Position numbers and translations under genes: made by a program. The notes under the pieces are model-generated. The model made no database searches. It was not told the origin of the DNA and saw only the letters and a list, made by a program, of their open reading frames with translations. From Azolla caroliniana (Eukaryota > Plantae > Polypodiophyta), in assembly GCA_043228905.1 (NCBI GenBank), contig JBHGNT010000006.1:4278001-4342000 (forward strand): a stretch of DNA of 64,000 nucleotides, in the 5' to 3' direction. Positions 53,105 to 64,000 of this stretch are shown here, piece after piece (the first letter of the stretch is position 1; each line of letters opens with the position of its first letter).

Positions 53105-53192
53105 TGTTAGAGACAAAGTCGTCTATGCGGAAGATCAAGAAGCATTCGAGTCTGTTCTGTACCTGCGTATGACAGTTTCTAGGTCGTTGCAC

Positions 53193-53223
<31 letters not shown>

Positions 53224-56200
53224 CACAAAAGACTCTATATTTCATAAAGCAACAAAATACAAACACCCCACCTTACAAAAAGGTTACAAGGTCAATATAT
53301 ATAGTGACCGACTTAGGGCAACTACCCTTTATGCTAATTACACAAATGGCCTAAAGGGATAGTGTGAATACGTCCATTATACACTTGTATTCGACACTCC
53401 CCCGTAATGGGCGTATACATGGGTTATCTAAGATTACAGGTATAAACTTAGGTTCTCGGACATATCAGTTTGTTCGAGTCGGCAGGGTCCGAAGGCGGAA
53501 GACCGAACTGGTCGGGTTGGAAGTGTCGAAGCCGATCATTAAGGAGCTGATGTCGGTTGTCGGGAACCATCCTGCGCTGTGTCCGACTCTAACCGGACTG
53601 GTTTGTCGTTACGCCCATCTGATGTCGAAGAGACCGAAAGCGGTCTGCCGAAAGACACTTGGTCATTCCATCTGCGACATTGTCGGTTGTGGATATTTTC
53701 TCTAGACCGATTTTCCCTGAAATGACGCAGTCCCGAACGAAGTGATATCGAACGTCGATATGTTTGGAGGCGTTGTGGTGAACCGGATTTTTTGACAAGG
53801 CAACAGCACCTTGACTGTCGCTGTAGACAACTGGAGCCGAGTCATGGTCGACTTGCCGAAACGTGTGCGCCAGCCGGCCGAGCCACAAAGCTTCTTTTGC
53901 AGCGTCGGACGCAGCTACATATTCTGCTTCAGTCGTTGAGGTCGTTGTGCACTCCTGAAGTTTCGACTTCCACGAAATTGCTCCATTGCCGAATTTGAAG
54001 CAGTATCCGGTTGTTGATTTCCGACTGTCTATACAGCCGGCGAAGTCCGAGTCGGTGTAACCGACTACGCCTGAGGTTCGGTTCGGACCGAAAAGAATGC
54101 CGTGGTCTTTTGTGCCAGCCAGATATCTGAACACATGCTTGACTGCGTTCCAATGCGATCAGCCAGGATTGTGCATAAATCTGCTAACGACTCCTACGGC
54201 ATGAGAAATATCAGGCCGTGTCGCGACCATCAGGTACATAAGGGAGCCGACTGCCGGTGCATACGGTACCGACTTCATATTTTCCCCCTCCGAACCGGAT
54301 GTCGGGCAGTCTCGCTGAGAGAGCCGAAGATTCATGGGGAGCGGGGTTGAAGCAGATTTGGCTGATTGCATGTTGAAGCGTTCCAAGACACGTCCGATAT
54401 AGTCGGTCTGAGACAAAAAGAGATGTCGTTTATCGCGATGCCGACTAATCTTCATGCCGAGTATGTGTCGTGCCGGACCGAGGTCCTTCATGGCAAACTT
54501 CAACCGCAGTTGCCGAATGAGATCGGCAAGTTCGCCCGCGTGGCGTCCAGAAATTAGCATGTCGTCCACGTAAATGATGAGGAAGATGGGTGATCCATCT
54601 TGAGCTGTGTTGGTGAAGAGACAATGGTCCTCATCGCTTTTTGAGAAGCCGATCGATTGGATGAAGTCGTCGAACTTCTTGTACCATTGTCGCGGTGCCT
54701 ATTTGAGGCCGTATAGACTCTTCCTGAGTCGGCAGACTAGATGTTCTTGGCCAGTCGCCACGAAGCCTTTTGGCTGCTCCATATAAATTTCCTCGTCAAG
54801 ATCACCATGGAGGAAGGCTGTTTTGACATCTAGCTGAATCAGCTCCAAGTTGTCGGCTGCCACTACGCCGAGTAGGAAACGAAGGGTTGTCATTTTCACC
54901 ACTGGTGAAAAAATCTCGTCGAAGTCGACGCCATATTCTTGTCGGAAGCCCTTCGCAACTAATCTGGCCTTGTACTTTGGGGTGGTCGAATCAGACGTCT
55001 CTTTTAGTCGATAAACCCACTTGCAAGGAAGAGCACATCGGTTCCTAGGTAATTCGACCAGATCCCAAGTCTTGTTTGCCCGGATGGAGTGCATTTCCGA
55101 CTCCATCGCCAGATGCCAGGTGGCTGAATCGACAGATGTCGATGCTTCTTCGTAAGACGTCGGTTCGCCGGCGTCGGTGAAGAAAATTCCAGGAGAATAC
55201 CTCTCCGGAGGTTGCGACAGTCTCTCGGATCGTCGAGGTATGATTGGATTGGTCGCATCGGGTATCGAGGTCGGATGGTCCGAAAGCGAATCATTCGGCT
55301 GTGCCGAGTCGGAGTTGTCCGAGTCGGGAGTGTAAGGTTCAGCTACCCGTGAAGCTGACCGTGTGTTAAGAGCGGGGCCTTCTTGAAGGGTCGGCACATC
55401 GGAAAATGTTACCCTTCGGACTTCGGTCGGTGTTTCGACTGATGGAGTCATAGCCGACTCGTTGAACACAACGTCCGAACTTCGAACGATTTGTCTGCGT
55501 TTGGGGTCCCAGAGTCGGTATCCCATTTCGCCGTCTGATCCATATCCAAGGAAAATGCATTTCCTGGACCGAGGTGCAAGTTTTCGGCGATCATCTTTCG
55601 GAATAAGGGCGTACGCCTCGCATCCGAAGATCCTCAGCTTGTCGTAATTCGGCTTACTGCCGATCCATAGTTCCTGAGGAATTTGAAGTCCTAGAGGTCT
55701 ACTTGGCGACATATTGATTATGTGTACTGCCGTGAGTAGAGCCTCTGCCCAGAAGCCATCCGACAGTCCGGAGTGTTGGAGCATGGAAACTATCCGTTCT
55801 TGGATTGTCCGATTCATTTGTTCTGCAATCCCATTTTGCTCCGGACTGTGTGGTGCCGTAAATTCACGTCGGATGCCGCGTTGTCGGCAGAATTTGACGA
55901 ATTCCTCGGATTTGAACTCTCCCCCATTGTCAGTCCGAAAGCATTTCAGTTTTCGGTCGGTTTGATTTTCTACCATAGCGAGCCAATCGGAGAAGATCGA
56001 GAAGACACGATCTTTGGTGCGAATTGGATAAGCCCACACCTTTCGAGTCGAATCGTCAATAAAACTGACGAAGTAAGAGGCACCGCCGAGAGACTGATGC
56101 GGCATTGGGCCACAGACGTCCGAGTGGACTAAATCGAGAGGTCTCGTTTCTCTTGGTGCTGATGTCGGGTGTGATGCGGCTGCTTGTTTGCCATACTGGC

Positions 56201-58406
56201 AATGCTCGCAGAATTGATGGTCGGAGAAGGAGAGTTTAGGGATGTATCCGGCTCTAGATAGGTGCGTAATGCCGGCCTTGCTGAGGTGTCCTAATCTTCT
56301 GTGCCATAGTGATGACACAGGAATATCCACCAAAAACAGGTTACCCTCTCTGAGCGTAACGTGTAACGGATACAGTGAGTGTATCTTGGGTCCTCTAGCA
56401 AGCAGGAGGTTCCCCCTGTGGAGTGTCCACCCTCCCGAAGAAAAACCGGCACGAATGCCGTCTTCATCTAGTTGTCCGACTGAGATCAATGGCCTTGAGA
56501 GCTCGGGTACATGTCGGACATTGTGAAGTACAAGTGTAGAGCCACCTGCAAGGTTGAGCTCTACTGTGCCGATTCCAATGATGTCGCAGTGTTGCGAGTT
56601 GCCGACTCGAACTGAGTCGGAGTGACGGATCGTATATTGCCGAAATTGGGATCGATGAGGAGTCACGTGAAATGACGCACCCGAATCTAAGAGCCATGTG
56701 CTCGATTCTTCAGTCGTGAGCAGAACTTCTGATCCGACTGGATTTTCGATTGATAGTATATTCGGGTCGTTTGGTAGCACATCAGCTGAGAAGCTGACGT
56801 AATTGATCTCCTCATGCCGGCCACTCTTCTTGTCTGATTTCTGAGACTTGTCGTTCTTGTTCTTGAGTGCGCGGCAGTCGGCTTTGATGTGTCCGGGTTT
56901 CTTGCAGTAGTTGCAGATTCGGTTATCCCGTGACTGGCTCCGTCTTCGCTGATTGTTCGGCGGTCGTGAGGAATCTCTTCCTCTTATGTTCGATCGGTCT
57001 GTCGAACCTTGTACTACATAAGCGTCGTCTGTTGAGTCTTTGGCGAAAGACTTTCTCCGAGCTGCTTCGGTCAGGATTGCGCTCGTGACTTCGGAGTATT
57101 TGACAGCCGTGGTTGACGCGTTGCACACGGTTGTGACGAAAGTTTCCCATGATGAGGGAAGGCTACTCATGAGTATCATTGCTCTGAGTTCATCCTCGAT
57201 TTCCGTCCCCTGAGATGAGATTTGGGAGCTTATGCTTTCGTACTCATTAAGGTGTGCTTGAACCGAATCGGATTCTTTCATCCGCAAGTTGTAGAGGCGC
57301 CGGATCAGAAACATCTTCGTTGCGGCGACCTTCTTTTCGTAAGTGTCCGACAGTGTTTTCCACAGTTCGAATGCTGTCGTACACGATTGCACCGTAAAAT
57401 ATACCGATTCCGATAGGTGCATCCGAATCGTGGCGCGGACGATTCTGTCCAGCTTCTGCCACTCAATTGGTTTGTATCCTTCTGGAGGTTCTTCATTTTC
57501 GATGGGATCGATTTGCCCCTTGACTATGAGATAGTCCTGCATTTGCTCCTTCCAGAAGTTAAAGTTCGATCCATCGAACTTTCGTAGACTCATTTCTGAC
57601 GAGCCGGATGTTGATGCCATCAAATTCGGTTTCGGTTGACGAAGCTCGGTTCGGAGTTGACTACGAACCTTGTTGGAGTGCAGCCGGTTGGCTCACCCGA
57701 TATCGTTCTAGTCGGATTTGAACCCGAGTCGGTTCGGCTTCGGATATATGTACTGTTGAACTTGCTCGAATTGACTCCGGTAACTTGAGGGACAGAACCG
57801 ACTGGTCTTCCCGAATGTTGCCGAGTCGGAGTGAGCCCGGTTCGCTTCGGATATGTATGCCGAATACCGATTATTGAAACCGATTGTCTGGACCGATTTT
57901 GCTTCGGGTGACTGCAGCGACGAGAGAGACGGATCCAACTGATCCTCCAGAATGTCGATCAGCCGGATGAAGCACGAATTGGGGTTGTTGTCTTGAGACC
58001 GATCTGCACCGAGTGGTTACAATGAGCGGCGAGCAGCGTTTGTTGACCTCTTCGGATGCCGTTTAACCGAGTGGAGCACGATCGTGTCAATGTTGCACAA
58101 GGGGATTTCACCTCGAGCGGTTACGATCACAAGGAACAGAGTACAACCGGCTGGCTTACTCCAAGCGAAGATGATCTAACGCGATGAGATGCAAGCCTCG
58201 TTTTTTTTTTCTTCTTCTCTCTTCTTCGAATGACGCAAGAAACCGAATGCTGTGCAGGCTGAGACGACGGCCGACAGCGGGTTGAAGGACCGAATGCTGC
58301 GCAGGCTCTGATACCAGATGTTAGAGACAAAGTCGTCTATGCGGAAGATCAAGAAGCATTCGAGTCTGTTCTGTACCTGCGTATGACAGTTTCTAGGTCG
58401 TTGCAC

Positions 58407-58439
<33 letters not shown>

Positions 58440-58612
58440 CACAAAAGACTCTATATTTCATAAAGCAACAAAATACAAACACCCCACCTTACAAAAAGGT
58501 TACAAGGTCAATATATATAGTGACCGACTTAGGGCAACTACCCTTTATGCTAATTACACAAATGGCCTAAAGGGATAGTGTGAATACGTCCATTATACAC
58601 TTGTATTCGACA
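53105..58612 (-). mobile_element. Full-length young Ty1/copia retrotransposon
   Basis: Near-identical LTRs at 53105-53396 and 58319-58612, 5-bp TSD CTACC, iMet PBS at 58305-58316 and a PPT next to 53397. Confidence 0.97.
53589..57623 (-). pseudogene. Copia gag-pol polyprotein, single frame with two nonsense codons
   Basis: CCHC knuckle (CNYCKKPGHIKADC), protease LLDSGAS, integrase (HSDVCGP, RTDNGGEF), RT YVDDML and RNaseH YTDSDFAG. In-frame TAG at 54699-54701 and TGA at 54159-54161. Confidence 0.93.
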
Positions 58613-60188
58613 CTACCTAGTGCCCCTCCGTATACTCATGCCTAGTACTTTTCCTATTTGATTCTCTCGAGGCGTGCACTCGCGTAAACCGGTGTTCCTA
58701 CGCGTTTCACCTTGTTTCTACCTATGGCCCGGAATCTTCACGACACCATGACAAGCTCGAGATTGCATCAAGGGATCTATTAAAGCCAACCCTCCTTGGG
58801 TTTTGGGCCTAATCAAAACTTCACACGCCACCTTGGCCACTACACGAGACCCATTTTTCCCCCCCCAAAGGAAGTTACGTACGAAGCTTTGAACTTTCAT
58901 GATTGCCGACCTAGAGAACAACTAAACCGATGCAATAAACCACATTGAGGCCAACAACACCAAGTTTATGATCACAACCTGGCCTGCAAAGGATAGGTGT
59001 TGAGAGTCCCAATATACTAGCTTACGCTTGATTGATAACAACAATGGAGATAACATCGCTTCATATGGTAAATCTATACCAACAAGACAACCTAAGTAAC
59101 GAATGGGCTCCCCATGATTAAGCCAATGAAATGCAGGGCATGGATACCATGGTGGATGTGGTTCATCACTTACCCAAAGGGCTACAAATTTATTCCAATT
59201 GAGAGAAGCTCCAGTAGCATCTGAAAATATCTACAAAGCATTATGTACCCGATCAAGATTAATAACATTTCCATGAATATAAAGAGCAGTGTCATCTGCA
59301 AACTTGGCATCAAGAACTGTCGTGTTTGCAATAGATAAGGCTATTGCTTGGGTGGCTGCGATCGAGGATCTGAGAAACGATGATAGAGCTTCCCCAAATA
59401 GAATGAAAAGAAAAGGTGTTAATGAACAACCTTGTCTGACAGACCTGGAAATTGGAAATAATTTACCGTAGCCTCCAGAAAACAAAACTGAGCTAGAAGC
59501 ATGTCTATATAATGCAGACACCTTTTAGCCATGCACGTGGAAGCCCTAATCTTAAGAGAACTGCATCCAAGAAGTCCCAATCTACTTTATCATATGCTTT
59601 CTCAAAATCTAATAATAGTATAACAAGGAACTATTTATGATGTTGAGCCAATGCGGTCATCTCCCAAAAAAGGAAGATATTGTCAAAAATACTTCTGCCT
59701 TCACGGATCCTAATTGTGTATCATGTATAATCGAGGGAAGCATCGGGCGCATTCTATTGGCTATAATCTTTGCTACTATTTTATAGACGGCGTTAAGCAA
59801 AGTTATTGGACACCATTTTGAAATTTCATCACATCGAGCATCTGATTTTGGAATCATGTAAATGATTCCTTCCGTCCATTCATCGGGCATATGCCATGTT
59901 GAGAATATTAAAATAACTACTCTAGTAAGAGTAGGTCCCGTCAAGTCCCAATAATGCAAATAAAATACCATACCTATGGCATCCTTCCCAGGACGCACAT
60001 ATTTTGCGAGGGATTTAGTTGTTGTCCAGACATCAGTGTCTGTAAATGGTTGAAGCAATTGAGAAGTCATTACATGAGTGACGTTTTGTTGTACTTTTTC
60101 TAGTACAAGTTGTCTCTTATTAATATCCTCCTCTGAGAAGGATTTAGCAGATAGAAACTGATGATAATATGTCGTAGTTATGTCCCGT

Positions 60189-63100
60189 TGTCGTGAAGAA
60201 TGTGCATCACGATATAAAAATGAGCTTAAATGTCGCATTTAATAATATTTGAGAGACTTGAACCCACATCCTTATATACGAAGTACAATGTACATACCAC
60301 TAGGCTACGCTATTTATTTGTAAAAGTGTCTAATAAATGTGCTTCATGATATAAGAATGAAGCTACATATTGTATTAAGTAAAATTGAGAGACTTGAACT
60401 CTCAACCTTGTATGCCAAACACAAAGTATACACCACTAAGCTAGGTTAGTTATTTTAAAATACATTTCATCATTATACTTATTGCATATCTATTCTCATA
60501 CATGGGAGCTCAAGCGAGCATGATGGCTACCATGCATCACGTGCAATACATGTGCGCCAAATGGCAATCATGCATTACATGTAACTCATGCATTGCATGC
60601 ATGCCATGCTCCCATACATTACCATCTGCATGGCAACAGTTATATAAAGAGGGGCAAGGAAAACAAGGGATCATCAAGAGAGAGTGAGAAAATAATACAA
60701 TCAAGTAGAGAAGACTAGCTCATTGTGTGGAGAACCTCTTGTTTCGAAGTTAAGGTCATGGGTTCAAATCAAGGGTCGGTAGAGAATGGGTTCAGTTTGC
60801 GATCAAGGATTGTAAAGTTGGTAAAATATTGTCTTTTTAATATACATCATGTTTATATCAGATACTCTTGATTCTTAAATCATTCTTTCTCTCTATCTTG
60901 CTTCTTGAATCATATATTGTCTCTATCTTCTATCCATTCTCATCTCTCTCTCTCTCACACATTACTCATAACTCTTCTTCTTGCTATTCTTAACCTTTCT
61001 AACATCACCATACAACCCTTATTAAAATTTAAGTTCCTTCAATTCCCCTTAACCTTAGTCTCTCCGACTTCGCCGCACAAACCACAACTACCCCGACACA
61101 TTTGGTGAACTCGACGTGAAGGCGGCAACAAGAAGAAATGGAGGAGCAAATGAGGCTTATCTATACGATGGTGGAACAAATGATGCGAGAGGAAGGGATG
61201 ACGGCAAGCATCGACAAAGCCGTCGACAATATTCTTACTCGAGTAGGAATCTTCAAAGGTATAAATTTAACAAAATTTCTGAAGATTTACAATGAAGAAA
61301 TGCTTAAACGTGGTGTCGACAAAGCTGCAAAAATTAATAGCTTTAGTCGAGTCGTTGCGATTGGGCTACAAGAGAGGATCCAAGAGCTCCAAAGGGAGAA
61401 TCAGACATGGACAACGTTCGAAAGACCATTACTCAATGAATACAACCTCAACGATATGTCGAAGATGACAAGGCGAGCTTTCATGGATTGGGTAGAGTCT
61501 AATAAACATTTAAGTGTTTTGGAAGTATTAAAAGAGTTTTCTGAAAGATTTGAGCAACTAAAGGCCGATAATAATAAAATAAAAAATACTTTCGAGTACT
61601 TTAAGTATTCTGGATTAATAGATAATGATGAAGAAATTCAGGATATGTTTGAAGAATTAAGTTTCGAAGATACAATAAGTCATTTGGAAGCAATGGAGGA
61701 CGAGGAAGAAATTCAAGTTCCTGTCCATTCTATCAAGATGTACGAGGTCATTGAAGAAGTTGCTCGAAAGGATCATGAGGCATATGTGATGACAAAGTAC
61801 AAGACAATGGAGAAGAAGGTTCATCCTATTGTTGCTCCACTTCCAAGGGATAGTGAAAGGGCAATCAAAGAAGCTGTTGCAAAGCCAATCATAAGAGACC
61901 CACGAAAGGTAGGACATGCGTTTACTCCGGAAACAATACAAGGGATGAAAATAGGAGGGGGTGACTTCCTATTACCCGCTGAAGAAAAGCATTTCAGGGA
62001 GATGTTAAAAAGGCATGGAAAGGCGTTTGCATTCCAACCGGAGGAAATAGGGTGTGTGGATCCAGAAATTGTGGAGCCCATGGTTATATTCACTATCCCT
62101 CATATTCCATGGAACTTTAAGCCAATACCCATGCCTAGGGCTAGAATCCCTCAACTATTAGAACTTTTGAAAGAAAAGATAAGGATGGGTATCTTGGAAC
62201 CATTGAACGCTCCTTACTCGAGTCGATGGTTCACTGTGTTAAAGAAAGATGGGAGACTCCGATTTATCCAAGATATGCAAAGGTTCTTAGTGGTCGACAA
62301 AGAAAATATGCACAGGCGAAAAGAGAGCTATGGGGGATAGTAACAGCAGTAAAGACAAACAGAGATTACTTAATTGGTGCTGAAGTAATAATAGAAACAG
62401 ATTATTTGCCTATTCTTGGTATCATAGCTAATTGTGATATTCCAGATGGTGTATCTATATTAGATGGTGTATCTATATTAGATCAGTCAACCCTGAAGTT
62501 CGACATATTTCTGGGAATAGAAATGGAGTAGCAGATATGTTATCAAGAGCAAGGTATGAGGAAGAGGAGATTCCAAACTCGGACGATGAGGACAAAGAAC
62601 AAACAATCCTTACCACAAGCATTACCCGGGAAGGAGGAATGCAGTTTCTAGAAGAGGAGTATGAAGAAGAATTCAAGGAAATAGGGAAATACCTACAAAC
62701 CTCTGACATGTACAAAAGTCGATCTAGAAAAGAGTTCGCACAGTTTCGCAAGAAAGGGCCCCATAATTTCTACCTGCATGAAGGATATCTATGGCGACAT
62801 CCGAAAACCAAGATTCGAAACCCGCAAAGAGTAATAGGTTCTGAAGGGCAAAGAAAGGAGATAATCAAAGAGCTGCATGACAAAGAATGGGCTGGTCATC
62901 GAGGAGTCGGGGCCACTTTCAGTAAGATTAAAGAACAGTTTTGGTGGCCTCGATACTATGAGCAAATAAAAAAGTATGTGGAAACTTGTCCCACCTGTCA
63001 ATATTATTCAAATGTAAAATTTTGTGATGAATTACACCCAACATACTCACCGGGGGTGCATTACAAGTGGATGATAGATTTGGTAACAATGCCACTTGGA

Positions 63101-64000
63101 GTAGGACAAAAGAGATACTTGGTTCTTACTAGAGGAGATCTAACAAATCAAGTGGAAGGTCGTTCATTGCGAACAAAAGGGACATTAGGAGTATGTCAAT
63201 TCATCTTGGAGGACATTGTTTGTAGATATGGATGTATCGGGAAGATAGTGGCAGATAGGGGAGAACTCAATTCTCCAGAAGCTCAAGATTTTTTCGACAA
63301 AATAGGAATTCAACTTTCTTTGACAACGGCGTACAATCCAAAAGCTAATTGAAAGGTAGAAAGGGGACATGGGCCAATAGTCAAAGCTTTGCCAAAGGCA
63401 TGTAGAGGACAGGTTAGTGATTGGCCAAAAACCTTACCCTATGCACTATGGGCTGATAGGACAACTCACAACATTGTTACTGGATATATGCCTACAGAAT
63501 TAATCAGAGGACAGAAGCCAATAATGCCAATTGAAGAAAAGATAACTACATGGGTTGTGTTGCCTTGGGAATCAGAAATGAGTAGGGAAGATTTACTTGC
63601 GGTTCGAATACGACTACTTCAATCAAGGACAGAAGACATAGAGAAAGCAGCTACTAGATTGAAAGAGGCAAGAATCAAGAATAAGGACAGATTTGACAAG
63701 CTGAAAAGAATACGACCAAGTAAGGTGCAAGAGGGAGATTGGGTATTAGTATATGATAGTAGCCTAGATAATCAATACAGTACTATTCGGAAGTTTGCAA
63801 AAAGATGGATTGGACCTTATGAAGTTAGGAAAATAACAGATAAAGCCACATATTTCCTCAATGAATTAGATGGGACAGAAATTTGTATCCCAATTGTAGG
63901 GAAAAGGATTAAAATATTTAAAATGAGGGAGTCATTAGAGCCCGAATTTTATGAAGAAGTAGAAGAACTAAAAGAATCGGAAGAAGTGTTGGATGAACTC
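60189..64000 (+). mobile_element. Ty3/gypsy non-chromovirus-like element, internally deleted, runs off the window
   Basis: The LTR runs TGTCGTGAAG...GACACA (60189-61100). The PBS TGGTGAACTCGACGTGAA resembles the complement of the plant tRNA-Trp 3' end. A gag/RT-start ORF lies at 61138-62340 (PYSSRWFTVLKKDGRLRFIQD), followed by an RNaseH piece and integrase (HHCC, IVADRGE) at 62537-63920. Confidence 0.9.
60383..60449 (-). other. tRNA-like module (best-preserved example) inside LTR
   Basis: A-box TAGCTTAGTGG, anticodon-like arm TTGTG-TTTGGCA-TACAA and perfect T-arm GAGAG-TTCAAGT-CTCTC. The acceptor stem is poor, so it is not called a functional tRNA. Confidence 0.7.

Larger units (their letters stand above)
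51660..58745 (-). mobile_element. Truncated gypsy-type element (LTR 58745-52426, interrupted by copia; PBS; D/E/K/R-rich leader ORF)
   Basis: The minus strand starts TGTCGTGAAGATTCC at 58745, has a TATA at ~52965 and ends its LTR at ~52426. TGGAACTCGACGTGA follows (compare the PBS at 61103). CCATG is present on both flanks (51655 and 58746). Confidence 0.65.
50650..60188 (-). mobile_element. Decayed L1-type LINE split by nested LTR elements
   Basis: RT motifs PITLLNAVYKI, RQGCSL, KFADDT and PKTQGGLAL at 60100-58750. The C-terminal zinc-finger-like region (CCYCGE..ALWSCSIAQQVW, LWILWKYRC) is at 51300-50713. Confidence 0.82.

Noticed and set aside
54699-54701. Programmed stop-codon readthrough in copia pol
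   Set aside because: The stop replaces a conserved Gln in mid-RT (LKQAPR), lacks a CAA-TAG-CAR-YYA context, and a second stop follows. Mutation is the simpler explanation.
60246-60780. Functional tRNA genes (Arg-TCG, Pro-TGG etc.)
   Set aside because: The acceptor and D stems pair poorly and all the modules lie inside LTRs. They are reported as tRNA-like modules instead.

Overview
Land-plant nuclear DNA. It is probably from a non-seed plant such as a fern, inferred only from retroelement types and a PLS-PPR remnant. The window holds a decaying tandem array of MS2/FAR2-type fatty acyl-CoA reductase genes on the minus strand. One copy is intact (9 exons, 604 aa, 36671-41042), one has a 26-nt frameshifting deletion (44884-49334), and one has lost exons 2-7 to a duplicated retrotransposon block; several exon-sized remnants are also present. 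An intact 5-exon 40S ribosomal protein S15 gene (4989-7768) and a partial duplicate of its 3' end are interleaved with the array. The rest is nested Ty1/copia, Ty3/gypsy, LINE and DNA-transposon sequence. Two signals stand out. First, every FAR terminal exon ends in ...G-S-K-L-stop, a canonical peroxisomal PTS1, although the N-terminus looks like a plastid transit peptide. Second, several diverged gypsy-type LTRs carry tRNA-like A-box/B-box modules in a conserved arrangement. All calls were made by eye from the sequence, without database searches.
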